DNA of 64,000 nt, taken from positions 101,803 through 165,802 of the forward strand of contig CAZFGK010000002.1 of the NCBI GenBank assembly GCA_964518635.1, given 5' to 3'. Shown piece after piece: positions 24,632 through 33,822 of the stretch. The notes beneath the pieces were generated by a model, which did no database searches, was not told the origin of the DNA, and saw nothing but the letters and a program-made list of their open reading frames with translations. This stretch comes from an uncultured Ignavibacteriales bacterium. GTDB taxonomy: Bacteria > Zixibacteria > MSB-5A5 > GN15 > FEB-12. Position 1 is the first letter of the stretch. Each line of letters begins with the position of its first letter. A program made the position numbers and the translations under genes.

Positions 24632-27202
24632 TCACTCACACCCCGGCACCAGCGGTGCGAATGAAATAAACAGATGATCGACAAGTACCGTCAAATCACC
24701 AATATCTACGCTGCAGTCCCCATTCAGGTCAGCCAACTTGAGCGGCAGAATCGGATCAAAGCTGATAAACAGATGATCGACGAGCATCGTCAAATCGCCG
24801 ATATCAGTCGAATGTGAGTAATCAACATCCCCCAACTCCCATGTCCAGAAATCGCCGCTGGATGGAATCGACGCAACCGTCAGCCCTGTAGCATCCCGCG
24901 CCGTTACTCGCCAGTAGTAATGCGTACCGAAAAAGAGTGAATCAGTCAGTGCGTATGAATTTGTTGTAAGCGAGTCCTTCACCAGCACAAAGCTGAAACT
25001 CGGCGTGAGTGATATTTCCATCTTGTAGCGCACGAAATCAGACGGATCAGGATCTGTCGACGCCGTCCAACTCATCGTCGGCAGCATATCAAAGATCGTC
25101 TCTTCATCCGCCGGATAGACCAACCCAAATGCACTAGGCGATTGCTGCTGCGCATTCATGCGGAATCTGTTGGCAGGCGACCATGGTGAATATTCGAACC
25201 CGTCATACGAACGCACACGCCACCAGAATCGCGCATTCTCCGTCAGAGCCGCCCCCACCTGACCAAATGATGTATCCGTCGGCTGTTCGGTGTTTGTCCC
25301 CTGCCATTCGAGTATCGTGAGTGCACTATCGGCGTAGACCTCAAACTGATAGGTTCGCGTGTCATTCTCTGCATCTATGGCATTGAGACAGTACAAGTAT
25401 GGGAGGTTCCCCACTGCTGCATCATTTATCGGGTTGATCGGCACAGGGGTGGTCGGCACGCTGTTCATCCGAAATGATGATTCAAACCACGGCGACCACG
25501 CGATCCCATTGTTGACTCGCAGACGAACATAGTATGTCGCGCCATCGACGAGCGTGCTGCCATCGTAAACGACGAATGTATCAGCCGACGCAAACGGCGC
25601 CGGATTCCACTTCTCAGCAAACGCCCAGTTGTTGTCAGTGCCAACAGCGATTTCGAATTGGGATTGGGGGCTGCCACCGTCGTAAGGGGAAAAATCCCAT
25701 GCAAAGAGTGGTAAGTGATCTGTGACATGAAGATTCGAGGAAACCGACTCAACTTTCAGCGAATCAGCTCCGGGAGTAGTGCGGACAAAATCAACGACTA
25801 CGTGAATTGTATCTGCGCCACAAAGATTGGTTGCTATCATGTCAAAAGAAGTATCTACTACTGTTCCAAGTACAAATCCTGCTAAGGAATCCCCCGAAGC
25901 CTGTAGCCACGATGGAATGTTTAAAAACTGCAATGAAGTGTTCTCAGCAGTACCTCCAACAATCTCTCCGCGATATCTGTAATCGGAATCATAGAGTGCA
26001 GTATCAGAAGACTTGGAGACAATTAGCGGTGGAAGGCAGGTTTCAAGACTCATGTATACCGTTACGTTGTCTGATCCAGAATTGGCAACAACTAGGTCCA
26101 GAATATTGTCGCTATTAAAATCAGAAGAATAGACAGAATACGGTTCAGTACCTACAGAATAACTACGATAGTAACTAAAACTACAATCACCGGCATTCCG
26201 AAATAAAGAGATGTTGTTTGAGTTGTGATTGGCGACCGTCAAATCATTGTCCCCGTCTAGATCGAAATCGTTCAAAATGAGAGAAGAAGGCCCATTGACT
26301 CCAGTGTAATGCGCAAGCGACCCAAAGGTACCATTACCATTATTCAGGTATCTAGAAATTCTATTCGAATTTGCTACCAATACATCTTGCCAACCGTCAC
26401 CATTGCAATCAGAAACACAAACTGACCCAGGTCCTACTAGGCCAGAGTAGTTAACAGAACTAGCAAACATGCCATTCCCAGTATTTAACAGGATTGAAAT
26501 TGAGTTTGATCCTGGAGTAGCTACCACAAGATCATGCTTGCCATCACCGTTTAAGTCCGATGTAGCAATTGATCCAGGAAAATCACCAACGGGGTATACT
26601 CCGGTTGAGGAAAAGCTGCCATTACCATTATTTCTATAAACATGAACCCAATTCGATGCCTCATATGTCACCGCAACATCTATCCTACTATCGGAGTCGA
26701 AGTCAGCAGCTACAACTGAACTAGCCCCATTGCCGCCTCCAAGGGAAATGGAACTATCGAATGCTCCGCTACCACTATTGTACAAAATAGTTAAGTTGTT
26801 TGAATTCCAATTTGGAATCGCCAAGTCTTTGTCTCCATCAGAATTAAAATCTGCCGCAATAACAGCGTAAGGGTACATCCCAACTTGATAGTTTACGGCA
26901 GTTAAGAATGTGCCTTCACCGTCGTTGAGGAGGATTGAAACATCATTGGAGAAAGCATTTGTGACTGCTAGATCTTGGTGACCATCGCCATTGAGGTCTG
27001 CAGCAATCACTGATCTTGGGGAGTCTCCGCATTGATACACTTGACTTGGCCCAAACAGCGGGTCTGTTGCTGAGACAGCATGGGAGAAAACCACCACACA
27101 CCAAAACATCATCGCAATCAGGCGACCGTGGATTCGCAGCCTAGTCTTCTTAGTAGGTTGAGTTGAGTCGGAGAGCGATTTAGTAAACTTGATCGACGGC
27201 AC
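24632..27202 (-). CDS. Secreted FG-GAP/VCBS beta-propeller protein with FN3-like middle region and twin dockerin-like C-terminal module
   Basis: 856 aa with seven FG-GAP-type repeats (VIAADLNGDGHQDLAV, VIAADFNSDGDKDLAI, VVAADFDSDSRIDVAV, IATSDLNGDGKHDLVV, VCVSDCNGDGWQDVLV, LILNDFDLDGDNDLTV, VYSSDFNSDNILDLVV). It ends TDIGDLTMLVDHLFISFDPILP..VDIGDLTVLVDHLFISFAPLVPGCE. Confidence 0.8.
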   Translation of the reverse strand: MPSIKFTKSLSDSTQPTKKTRLRIHGRLIAMMFWCVVVFSHAVSATDPLFGPSQVYQCGDSPRSVIAADLNGDGHQDLAVTNAFSNDVSILLNDGEGTFLTAVNYQVGMYPYAVIAADFNSDGDKDLAIPNWNSNNLTILYNSGSGAFDSSISLGGGNGASSVVAADFDSDSRIDVAVTYEASNWVHVYRNNGNGSFSSTGVYPVGDFPGSIATSDLNGDGKHDLVVATPGSNSISILLNTGNGMFASSVNYSGLVGPGSVCVSDCNGDGWQDVLVANSNRISRYLNNGNGTFGSLAHYTGVNGPSSLILNDFDLDGDNDLTVANHNSNNISLFRNAGDCSFSYYRSYSVGTEPYSVYSSDFNSDNILDLVVANSGSDNVTVYMSLETCLPPLIVSKSSDTALYDSDYRYRGEIVGGTAENTSLQFLNIPSWLQASGDSLAGFVLGTVVDTSFDMIATNLCGADTIHVVVDFVRTTPGADSLKVESVSSNLHVTDHLPLFAWDFSPYDGGSPQSQFEIAVGTDNNWAFAEKWNPAPFASADTFVVYDGSTLVDGATYYVRLRVNNGIAWSPWFESSFRMNSVPTTPVPINPINDAAVGNLPYLYCLNAIDAENDTRTYQFEVYADSALTILEWQGTNTEQPTDTSFGQVGAALTENARFWWRVRSYDGFEYSPWSPANRFRMNAQQQSPSAFGLVYPADEETIFDMLPTMSWTASTDPDPSDFVRYKMEISLTPSFSFVLVKDSLTTNSYALTDSLFFGTHYYWRVTARDATGLTVASIPSSGDFWTWELGDVDYSHSTDIGDLTMLVDHLFISFDPILPLKLADLNGDCSVDIGDLTVLVDHLFISFAPLVPGCE

Positions 27203-27545
27203 GATGAAAACCCCCGTGTCCTCTGTGGTGTAACCAATGTTCTGTTACTGTGAATATACATCATTCGTGGGTATGAGTCGCAAGAGGTTTGGGAAATAAC
27301 TGCACGAAATGTGACTCCCCCACCCTCCATACCGCCCGTCTAGCCCTCCGCGTCTCCTGGCTCTCAATCACTATACCACTCGCCGTTGCTCCCCTTGGCT
27401 CTGACAACATGTTGTTTGGCATACAGTTAGGTCTAACGGGGTGATTCCAATTACCAGACGCTGGTGGGAGACGAACTTTTCGGGTTGGAACTTCAACTTT
27501 TTCCTATTGACATCTGCGTTCTATGTCGATATCTCTAATAGCAGA

Positions 27546-27567
27546 TAACGGACTCCGATATCCGTTA
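27546..27567. promoter_or_regulatory. Inverted repeat TAACGGA-N8-TCCGTTA just upstream of the Rrf2 gene (candidate operator)
   Basis: Perfect 7-bp arms lie 22-43 nt upstream of the ATG at 27589, flanked by the direct repeat TAATAGCA (27536 and 27566). Confidence 0.25.
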
Positions 27568-27588
27568 ATAGCAAAAAAGGAATAAGAA

Positions 27589-28026
27589 ATGCTCTTTTCA
27601 AAAGGCTGTGCATACGCAATACGGGCGTCGCTGCTCCTCTCCGCCAAGGATGAGAAACGCGAATTTGTCCCTATTCGGGAATTAGCCGAAGAGCTCGATC
27701 TCTCCTTTCACTTCCTTACCAAAATCATGCAGGAATTGAGTGAAGCTGGAATTGTAACATCATTTCGTGGTCCTAACGGAGGGGTCGGTTTGGCGAGGTC
27801 TTCTCGAAGTATCCGGCTCATTGATGTCATAGGCGCCATAGACGGAGACGCGCTCTTTACGGAGTGTGCGCTTGGCCTCCCTGAGTGCACGAGCACCGAC
27901 CCCTGCCCGTTGCACGATGCCTGGAGCAAACGAAAGAGCGACCTGCAGCGCCTTTTTTCAGAAACGTCTCTTGCGGACCTCGCCGAAGGTCTGTCGAGAA
28001 AAAGACTTCGGAGTGCATCCAAATGA
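27589..28026 (+). CDS. Rrf2-family transcriptional regulator (NsrR/IscR-like, three-Cys cluster motif)
   Basis: 145 aa with MLFSKGCAYAIRASLLL..., an HTH (IRELAEELDLSFHFLTKIMQELSEAGIVTSFRGPNGGVGLAR) and the Cys triad CALGLPECTSTDPCPLH. Confidence 0.85.
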   Translation: MLFSKGCAYAIRASLLLSAKDEKREFVPIRELAEELDLSFHFLTKIMQELSEAGIVTSFRGPNGGVGLARSSRSIRLIDVIGAIDGDALFTECALGLPECTSTDPCPLHDAWSKRKSDLQRLFSETSLADLAEGLSRKRLRSASK

Positions 28027-28147
28027 AGACATCAAAGCCCACAATAATCTGTGAGCGGCTGCCTCTATTTCGGATATTGGACTCCTTTATCGGCTATTAC
28101 AAGGCAAAGTATCAGAAATCAGATAATTCAAGAAAGGGAACAGCACC

Positions 28148-28714
28148 GTGCTGAAGAATCGAATTTCTTTTGTAACCATTGCCCTGACGCTCGCGCTCAT
28201 TGCAAATGGCTGTAGTCAGAAAGCTGAAACAGAGGCCGAAAGGCAGGCACGTTGGGCTCAGGGAAAGCTCTCTGCCTGGGAGAATACGAATGGCATTGGT
28301 CCATTCTCCCAGTCGACATTCATCCCAAGGTCTGATGGCAGTAAGGCAGTTGAAGGAAGAGCGATGTTTATCACCAAGTGCGCCACTTGTCATCAGCTTG
28401 ACGGCGACAAAACCGGTCCGGCTCTGCGCGATGTCACGAAGAGACGTACCGAGGCCTACATCCTCAATCAAATGCTGAATCCTGAGCAGATGGGTAAGCT
28501 TCACCCGGACGGCAAGCGACTGCTCGCGAAATATGCCCAGTTCATGGCAAAACAAGTACATGATGAGAATGAAGCATTTGTAATTCTTGACTTTCTCAAG
28601 TCAGAAGCGGCAAAACCAGTCGTACCGCTTGAACAACAGCCCGGATACGCTCCGCCTGCCGCAACAACTACAACTGCTGCCACCACTACAACCACAACAA
28701 ATAGCCCAAAGTAA
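28148..28714 (+). CDS. Lipoprotein monohaem cytochrome c preceding nosZ
   Basis: 188 aa with the lipobox LIANGC, a single CATCH haem motif with downstream NQMLNPEQM (Met ligand region), and a Thr/Ala-rich tail PPAATTTTAATTTTTTNSPK. GTG start per the ORF track. Confidence 0.8.
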   Translation: MLKNRISFVTIALTLALIANGCSQKAETEAERQARWAQGKLSAWENTNGIGPFSQSTFIPRSDGSKAVEGRAMFITKCATCHQLDGDKTGPALRDVTKRRTEAYILNQMLNPEQMGKLHPDGKRLLAKYAQFMAKQVHDENEAFVILDFLKSEAAKPVVPLEQQPGYAPPAATTTTAATTTTTTNSPK

Positions 28715-28729
28715 CTATTGGAGGGTTCT

Positions 28730-30670
28730 ATGAAGAACAGATCGAAAAAGCAAAGACAGTCTCAAACGAGCAAGTACTGCATCACGCTACTTGTACTCTT
28801 CGTTTCCTCACTCATTGGATGCAGCTCACAGAAGACCGAAGTTGGTGGTGTTGGGGACGCTCCACAAAAGGTCTATGTAGCACCCGGAACGCATGACGAA
28901 ATCTACGCCTTCATGTCCGGTGGATTCAGCGGGCAAGTGTCCGTGTATGGGCTTCCATCCGGTCGTCTTTTTCGAGTAATACCGGTTTTCAGCCAGGATC
29001 CTGAAAAAGGATACGGTTACTCAGAAGAGACAAAGCAGATGTTTATGACGTCCCATGGTTTTGTCCCGTGGGATGATGCCCACCACCCACAGTTATCTGT
29101 GACCGGAGGCAAGCATGATGGACGCTGGCTCTTCATCAATGGGAACAACACGCCGCGACTAGCCCGTGTTGATCTGCGTACCTTTGAAACCGAAGAGATC
29201 ATCGAAATACCGAATTCAGGTGGAAATCACGGATCTCCATACCTCACGGAAAACACTGAGTATGTAGTCGCCTCCACACGATTCAGCGTTCCGATTCCGC
29301 AGGCCGATGTTCCAATTTCGAGCTACAAGGAAAACTTCAAGGGAACGATATCGTTCATCAAGGTCGACTCTGCGACGGGACACATGAAGATAGCGTTTCA
29401 GCTGCTCGTGCCGGGGGTTCAATATGACCTCTCTCGCGCTGGCAAAGGGCCGTCTCATGGCTGGTCATTCTTCAGTTCCTACAATACAGAACAGGCGAAT
29501 ACACAGTTAGAGGTCAATGCCTCGAAGAATGACAAAGACTTCATTGCTGCTGTAAACTGGAAGCTGGCAGAGCAGTTGGTTGCGGAAGGTAAGGCACAGG
29601 AATGGCCAACCAACTACAGACACAACCACGTTGATGAGGCTCGAATTGCTCAATCCGAGACCATTTCGACGGTGAAAATGCTCATCGCATCAGAACATCC
29701 GGGTCTTGTCTACTTCATGCCGACACCAAAGTCACCGCATGGATGTGATGTCGACCCCTCTGGTGAATACATCGTTGCCAGTGGCAAACTCGCGGCAGTC
29801 ATTCCAGTACACTCATTTTCAAAAATGCAAAAAGCAATTGCTGATAAAGCATTCGAAGGGGACTTCAACGGCATTCCAGTTCTGAAATACGACGCTACCA
29901 TAGCCGGAGAAGTAAAGGAACCAGGGCTTGGACCGTTGCACACAGAATTTGACGGCAAGGGCTTTGGTTACACTTCAATGTTTCTCTCATCAGAGATCGT
30001 AAAGTGGAAGCTCGGAACATGGGAGGTTGTTGATCGCATTCCGGCTTACTATTCAATCGGACACCTGATGATTCCGGGCGGTGACACACGCGAACCAATC
30101 GGGAAGTATGTTGTCGCGCTTAATAAGATTACCAAAGATCGCTACCTCCCAACTGGTCCTGAATTGACACAGTCGGCTCAGTTGTACGATATCAGCGGTG
30201 ATCGGATGAAGCTGCTCCTTGATTTCCCTACTATCGGAGAGCCGCACTATGCTCAGGCTTGCCTCGCCAGCCTGATAAAGGACCGCTCGATTCAGTATTT
30301 TCCACTCCAGGACAATAAAAATCCTCACGCCATTAAGTCTGAGGCAGAAGTACGCGTTGAACGGAAGGGATCTGATGTACATGTCTATGTCGGTTCAATT
30401 CGCTCGCACTTTGCCCCTGACAATGTCGAAGGTATCAAAGTCGGTGATCGCGTGTATTTTCACGTAACAAACCTTGAGCAGGATTGGGACGTGCCGCATG
30501 GTTTCAGCGTACTTGGGGCAAACAACTCAGAACTTCTAATTATGCCCGGAGATACTCGCACTTTAGTCTGGGAGCCGAAGCAGCCCGGTGTGTTCCCATT
30601 TTATTGCACCGACTTCTGTTCTGCACTACACCAGGAAATGTCCGGCTGGGTGAGAGTATCAAAGAGTTAA
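28730..30670 (+). CDS. nosZ: Nitrous-oxide reductase, Sec-dependent (clade II/atypical) type
   Basis: ATG at 28730 follows GGAGGG. The N-terminus MKNRSKKQRQSQTSKYCITLLVLFVSSLIGC has no twin-arginine motif. WDDAHHPQ marks the CuZ His region. The C-terminal CuA motif is FYCTDFCSALHQEMSGWVRV. Confidence 0.93.
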   Translation: MKNRSKKQRQSQTSKYCITLLVLFVSSLIGCSSQKTEVGGVGDAPQKVYVAPGTHDEIYAFMSGGFSGQVSVYGLPSGRLFRVIPVFSQDPEKGYGYSEETKQMFMTSHGFVPWDDAHHPQLSVTGGKHDGRWLFINGNNTPRLARVDLRTFETEEIIEIPNSGGNHGSPYLTENTEYVVASTRFSVPIPQADVPISSYKENFKGTISFIKVDSATGHMKIAFQLLVPGVQYDLSRAGKGPSHGWSFFSSYNTEQANTQLEVNASKNDKDFIAAVNWKLAEQLVAEGKAQEWPTNYRHNHVDEARIAQSETISTVKMLIASEHPGLVYFMPTPKSPHGCDVDPSGEYIVASGKLAAVIPVHSFSKMQKAIADKAFEGDFNGIPVLKYDATIAGEVKEPGLGPLHTEFDGKGFGYTSMFLSSEIVKWKLGTWEVVDRIPAYYSIGHLMIPGGDTREPIGKYVVALNKITKDRYLPTGPELTQSAQLYDISGDRMKLLLDFPTIGEPHYAQACLASLIKDRSIQYFPLQDNKNPHAIKSEAEVRVERKGSDVHVYVGSIRSHFAPDNVEGIKVGDRVYFHVTNLEQDWDVPHGFSVLGANNSELLIMPGDTRTLVWEPKQPGVFPFYCTDFCSALHQEMSGWVRVSKS

Positions 30671-30672
30671 CA

Positions 30673-31857
30673 ATGAATGTGCCGTTGTCAGAGTCGATTG
30701 TGCCCACTTCGCAATTGTCGATTGCCACTCGACTGATCCCGAGGATATGCCTCGGGTCAGTCAGGCCGGGAGGAATTACTCTCTGCTCTCGTCTGCTGAT
30801 TGCGATTGCGGCATTGTCGCTCTCGGTCTGCTACTTCTATCCGCTCTGGCACATTGATTTGAAAGCACCCCAGTACCCTGAAGGGCTGGGGTTGCGCATC
30901 TGGATCAATGAAATCGGCGGCTACCATGAAGGAGACTTGAGAAAAATCAACAATCTCAATCACTACATCGGTATGAAAGCGATAGAACCAGCATCAATTC
31001 CGGAACTTGCCATCATGCCATGGATTATGCGTGGCTTGCTACTTCTTGGATTGGCTGCGGCGATCATCGGCAAGCGATCCTTACTGATGATCTGGTTGGG
31101 ATTGTTCATTTTGATTGCCGTAATCGGGCTGGTCGATTTCTGGATGTGGACGTATGACTACGGCCACAACCTCGACAACGAACGCGCAATCATCAAAGTA
31201 CCCGGCATGATCTATCAACCACCAATCTTCGGAACTCGAAAGATGCTCAATTTTGAAGCGATCTCCTGGCCCGGCATTGGAGGTTGGACAGTTATGGCAT
31301 CTCTTGGGCTTGGTCTTATCGCTGCCTTTCTTGAATTCAAGCGAACCAGACAGAGGGTTCGTGAAATTGGCGCAAAAGTACTTCCCCTCATTGTATGTAT
31401 TGGTGCAGCAGCTCTGAGCTACGGATGCCAGGATGCAGGTCCTTCCCAAATTCAGTATGGTGTCGATCAGTGTGCCTACTGCGCAATGAGTATAGCTGAT
31501 CCGGCATTTGGTACGCAGTTGAGAACAAAGAAGGGAAAGTATCTCAAGTTTGACTCCATTGAGTGCATGATTGCATCAGAAGTCTCAGGGAAGGTCGAGC
31601 CCTCCTCAGTTCACAAGAAATGGGTGACAGACTTTCACCTGCCGAATACATGTATTCCGATTGAGAGTTCAATTCTCGTCTATACACAGCATCAGCGAAG
31701 CCCAATGGGATTGAGTCTTGCAGCCGTCGCAGATCCAGCGGCAGCCGATTCACTCATCCAGAGAGTCGGCGGGCATAGATTAACTACAATCGAGGCCGTC
31801 AACTATGTGGCTGAGAGTTGGAATCTTCCGAAAACGGGTCTGGCTGTCGGGGAATAG
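30673..31857 (+). CDS. nosL: Fusion of a NosB-like polytopic membrane domain and a NosL copper-chaperone domain
   Basis: ATG lies 2 nt after the nosZ stop. About 265 N-terminal aa carry about 5 hydrophobic helices. These are followed by KVLPLIVCIGAAALSYGC (a lipoprotein-signal-like segment) and the NosL signature YGVDQCAYCAMSIADPAFGTQL..KFDSIECM. Confidence 0.75.
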   Translation: MNVPLSESIVPTSQLSIATRLIPRICLGSVRPGGITLCSRLLIAIAALSLSVCYFYPLWHIDLKAPQYPEGLGLRIWINEIGGYHEGDLRKINNLNHYIGMKAIEPASIPELAIMPWIMRGLLLLGLAAAIIGKRSLLMIWLGLFILIAVIGLVDFWMWTYDYGHNLDNERAIIKVPGMIYQPPIFGTRKMLNFEAISWPGIGGWTVMASLGLGLIAAFLEFKRTRQRVREIGAKVLPLIVCIGAAALSYGCQDAGPSQIQYGVDQCAYCAMSIADPAFGTQLRTKKGKYLKFDSIECMIASEVSGKVEPSSVHKKWVTDFHLPNTCIPIESSILVYTQHQRSPMGLSLAAVADPAAADSLIQRVGGHRLTTIEAVNYVAESWNLPKTGLAVGE

Positions 31858-31858
31858 C

Positions 31859-33115
31859 ATGATAGTAATCTCCCCGCAGCTGCTACTCGTTCTCTTCTTT
31901 TCGGCTCTGGCAGTGCTTTCGACAGGTCGATCACATGCTGCAACGATTCATGTCGGACCGCAAATGGGAAACCATGCACTTCGTTCGTCGATTGAGAATG
32001 CCGCCGACGGGGATACAATTCTACTGAGTCACGGAACCTACTTTGCATCAAATCTCACGATCACAAAGGCAATTACTCTAATTGGGTCAGGCTGGCCGGT
32101 CATACGATCTGTTGGAGATGGGAATATCTTGAGAGTCCGTGCAACGAATGTGTCGATTCGAGGACTCCATCTGATTGGTGCACCGCTGAACCACTTACGC
32201 GAGAATGCGGCGATTCTGATCGACTCTTCACAAAACATACAAGTTGTCGGAAATCGATGTGACAGTAACTACTTTGGTGTCTACGTCTCCTCTTCATCAC
32301 AATGCGTAATTGACAGCAATATCATGACTGGAGTTGAGCGCGAGTTGTCCAGAGCAGGAAATGGTATACACTTATGGTCAAGCAGAGAAATTGTAATCAG
32401 GAACAACCTGGTATCTGGACATCGTGACGGCATTTACTTTGAGTTTGCAAAGCACTGCACCATATCAGACAATCAGAGCAATCGCAACCTGCGATACGGA
32501 CTTCACTTTATGTACTCCGACAGTTCGACCTATACCGCAAATACCTTCGATGCGAACGGTTCGGGTGTTGCAGTCATGTTTACGAGGCAAGTACACATGA
32601 GCGGGAATACATTTTCAAATAGTTGGGGTGGAGCTGCGTATGGTCTCCTGCTCAAGGATATCAAAGACTGCCGCGTAATCGGAAATACGATACATGGCAA
32701 TACGGTCGGCATCTGGATGGAGGGAACAGACCGCGCCATGATCCAGGGAAATCGCATTCAGAACAATGGCTGGGCAATGAACATCATGGCCAATTGTACT
32801 CAGAATCAGATAGTCGCCAATGACTTTATGGACAATTCATTTCTTATCGCAACAAATAGCCGCTACAGCGGAAGCTCGTTTCGGGAAAACTACTGGAGCG
32901 AGTATTCTGGCTTCGATCTTGACCGGAATGGTTTTGGCGACCAGTCGTTCCGTCCGGTCAGTCTCTATTCAATCATGGTGGAATCAGAGCCCGCAGCGAT
33001 GGTGTTGACTCACAGTCTCTTTATTGATGCCCTCGATCTTGCAGAACGAATGATTCCCTCTCTTACTCCGGTCTCACTGGTCGACGAATTGCCGAGGATG
33101 AAGCCAAATTTATGA
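31859..33115 (+). CDS. nosD: Nitrous-oxide reductase maturation protein NosD (periplasmic beta-helix)
   Basis: ATG lies 1 nt after the previous stop. Signal peptide, then repeated parallel beta-helix units (..NI.I.GN.., SGHRDGIYFEF, NRNLRYGLHFMYS, NG.GVAVMF, HGNTVGIWMEG). Confidence 0.88.
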   Translation: MIVISPQLLLVLFFSALAVLSTGRSHAATIHVGPQMGNHALRSSIENAADGDTILLSHGTYFASNLTITKAITLIGSGWPVIRSVGDGNILRVRATNVSIRGLHLIGAPLNHLRENAAILIDSSQNIQVVGNRCDSNYFGVYVSSSSQCVIDSNIMTGVERELSRAGNGIHLWSSREIVIRNNLVSGHRDGIYFEFAKHCTISDNQSNRNLRYGLHFMYSDSSTYTANTFDANGSGVAVMFTRQVHMSGNTFSNSWGGAAYGLLLKDIKDCRVIGNTIHGNTVGIWMEGTDRAMIQGNRIQNNGWAMNIMANCTQNQIVANDFMDNSFLIATNSRYSGSSFRENYWSEYSGFDLDRNGFGDQSFRPVSLYSIMVESEPAAMVLTHSLFIDALDLAERMIPSLTPVSLVDELPRMKPNL

Positions 33116-33819
33116 TCACGGTTGATAATCTATCAAAACAGTATGAATCACTCTTTGCACTGAGAAGAGTTGATTACAAATTTGAGTCAGGACACACTAC
33201 GGGCGTGATCGGTCCAAATGGATCTGGCAAGTCTACATTGATAAAGTGTCTGCTTGGATTGGTGAAGAGAACTTCTGGGCAGATATCCCTTGGCGGTGTG
33301 GCAATCCACGAAGATGGGCAATACCGAAAAAGTCTTGGTTATGTTCCTCAATTGGCGAAGTATCCTCAGGATTTGACCGGGCATGACATCATCAACATGG
33401 TATGGAAGATGCGGATGGCGGAACCAATCCGAAAAGACGAGTTGATTGATCTGCTTGGACTAAAGTCAGAACTTGGCAAGAGAACTCGAGCCATGTCAGG
33501 CGGAACCCGCCAAAAACTGAGTATTGTCATTGCAGGCATGTTCGACCCTGAGGTGCTGGTGCTTGATGAGCCCTCAGCTGGACTCGATCCGGTTGCAAAC
33601 ATGCGGCTCAAGAGTTACCTGCACGAATTACACAAAGCAGGACGGACTATTATTATTTCGACTCACATCATGAGTGATCTTGATGAACTCGCTGACGACT
33701 TGTTACTTCTTGTTGAAGGGGAGGTAAGATACAAGGGCTCAATTCGTGAGCTCAAAATGAAAACTGAAGAGCCGCAACTGGAGCGTGCGGTTGCTCAGAT
33801 ATTACAGGTGGCTGCGTAA
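33112..33819 (+). CDS. nosF: ABC transporter ATP-binding protein NosF
   Basis: Walker A GPNGSGKST, signature MSGGTRQKL and Walker B LVLDEPSAGLD. ATGA overlap with nosD. Confidence 0.88.
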   Translation: MITVDNLSKQYESLFALRRVDYKFESGHTTGVIGPNGSGKSTLIKCLLGLVKRTSGQISLGGVAIHEDGQYRKSLGYVPQLAKYPQDLTGHDIINMVWKMRMAEPIRKDELIDLLGLKSELGKRTRAMSGGTRQKLSIVIAGMFDPEVLVLDEPSAGLDPVANMRLKSYLHELHKAGRTIIISTHIMSDLDELADDLLLLVEGEVRYKGSIRELKMKTEEPQLERAVAQILQVAA

Positions 33820-33822
33820 TCC

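Noticed and set aside
16759-27202. A prophage or contractile-injection-system remnant, suggested by the tail-fibre-like gene.
   Set aside because: There are no capsid, terminase, portal, sheath, tube, baseplate or integrase genes nearby. All neighbours are signal-peptide proteins with dockerin-like tails.
30484-30672. The longer track start for the nosB/L ORF (457 aa), which overlaps the 3' end of nosZ by 187 nt.
   Set aside because: The extra N-terminus is the out-of-frame translation of the conserved nosZ CuA region. ATG at 30673, 2 nt after the nosZ stop, gives a sensible start.
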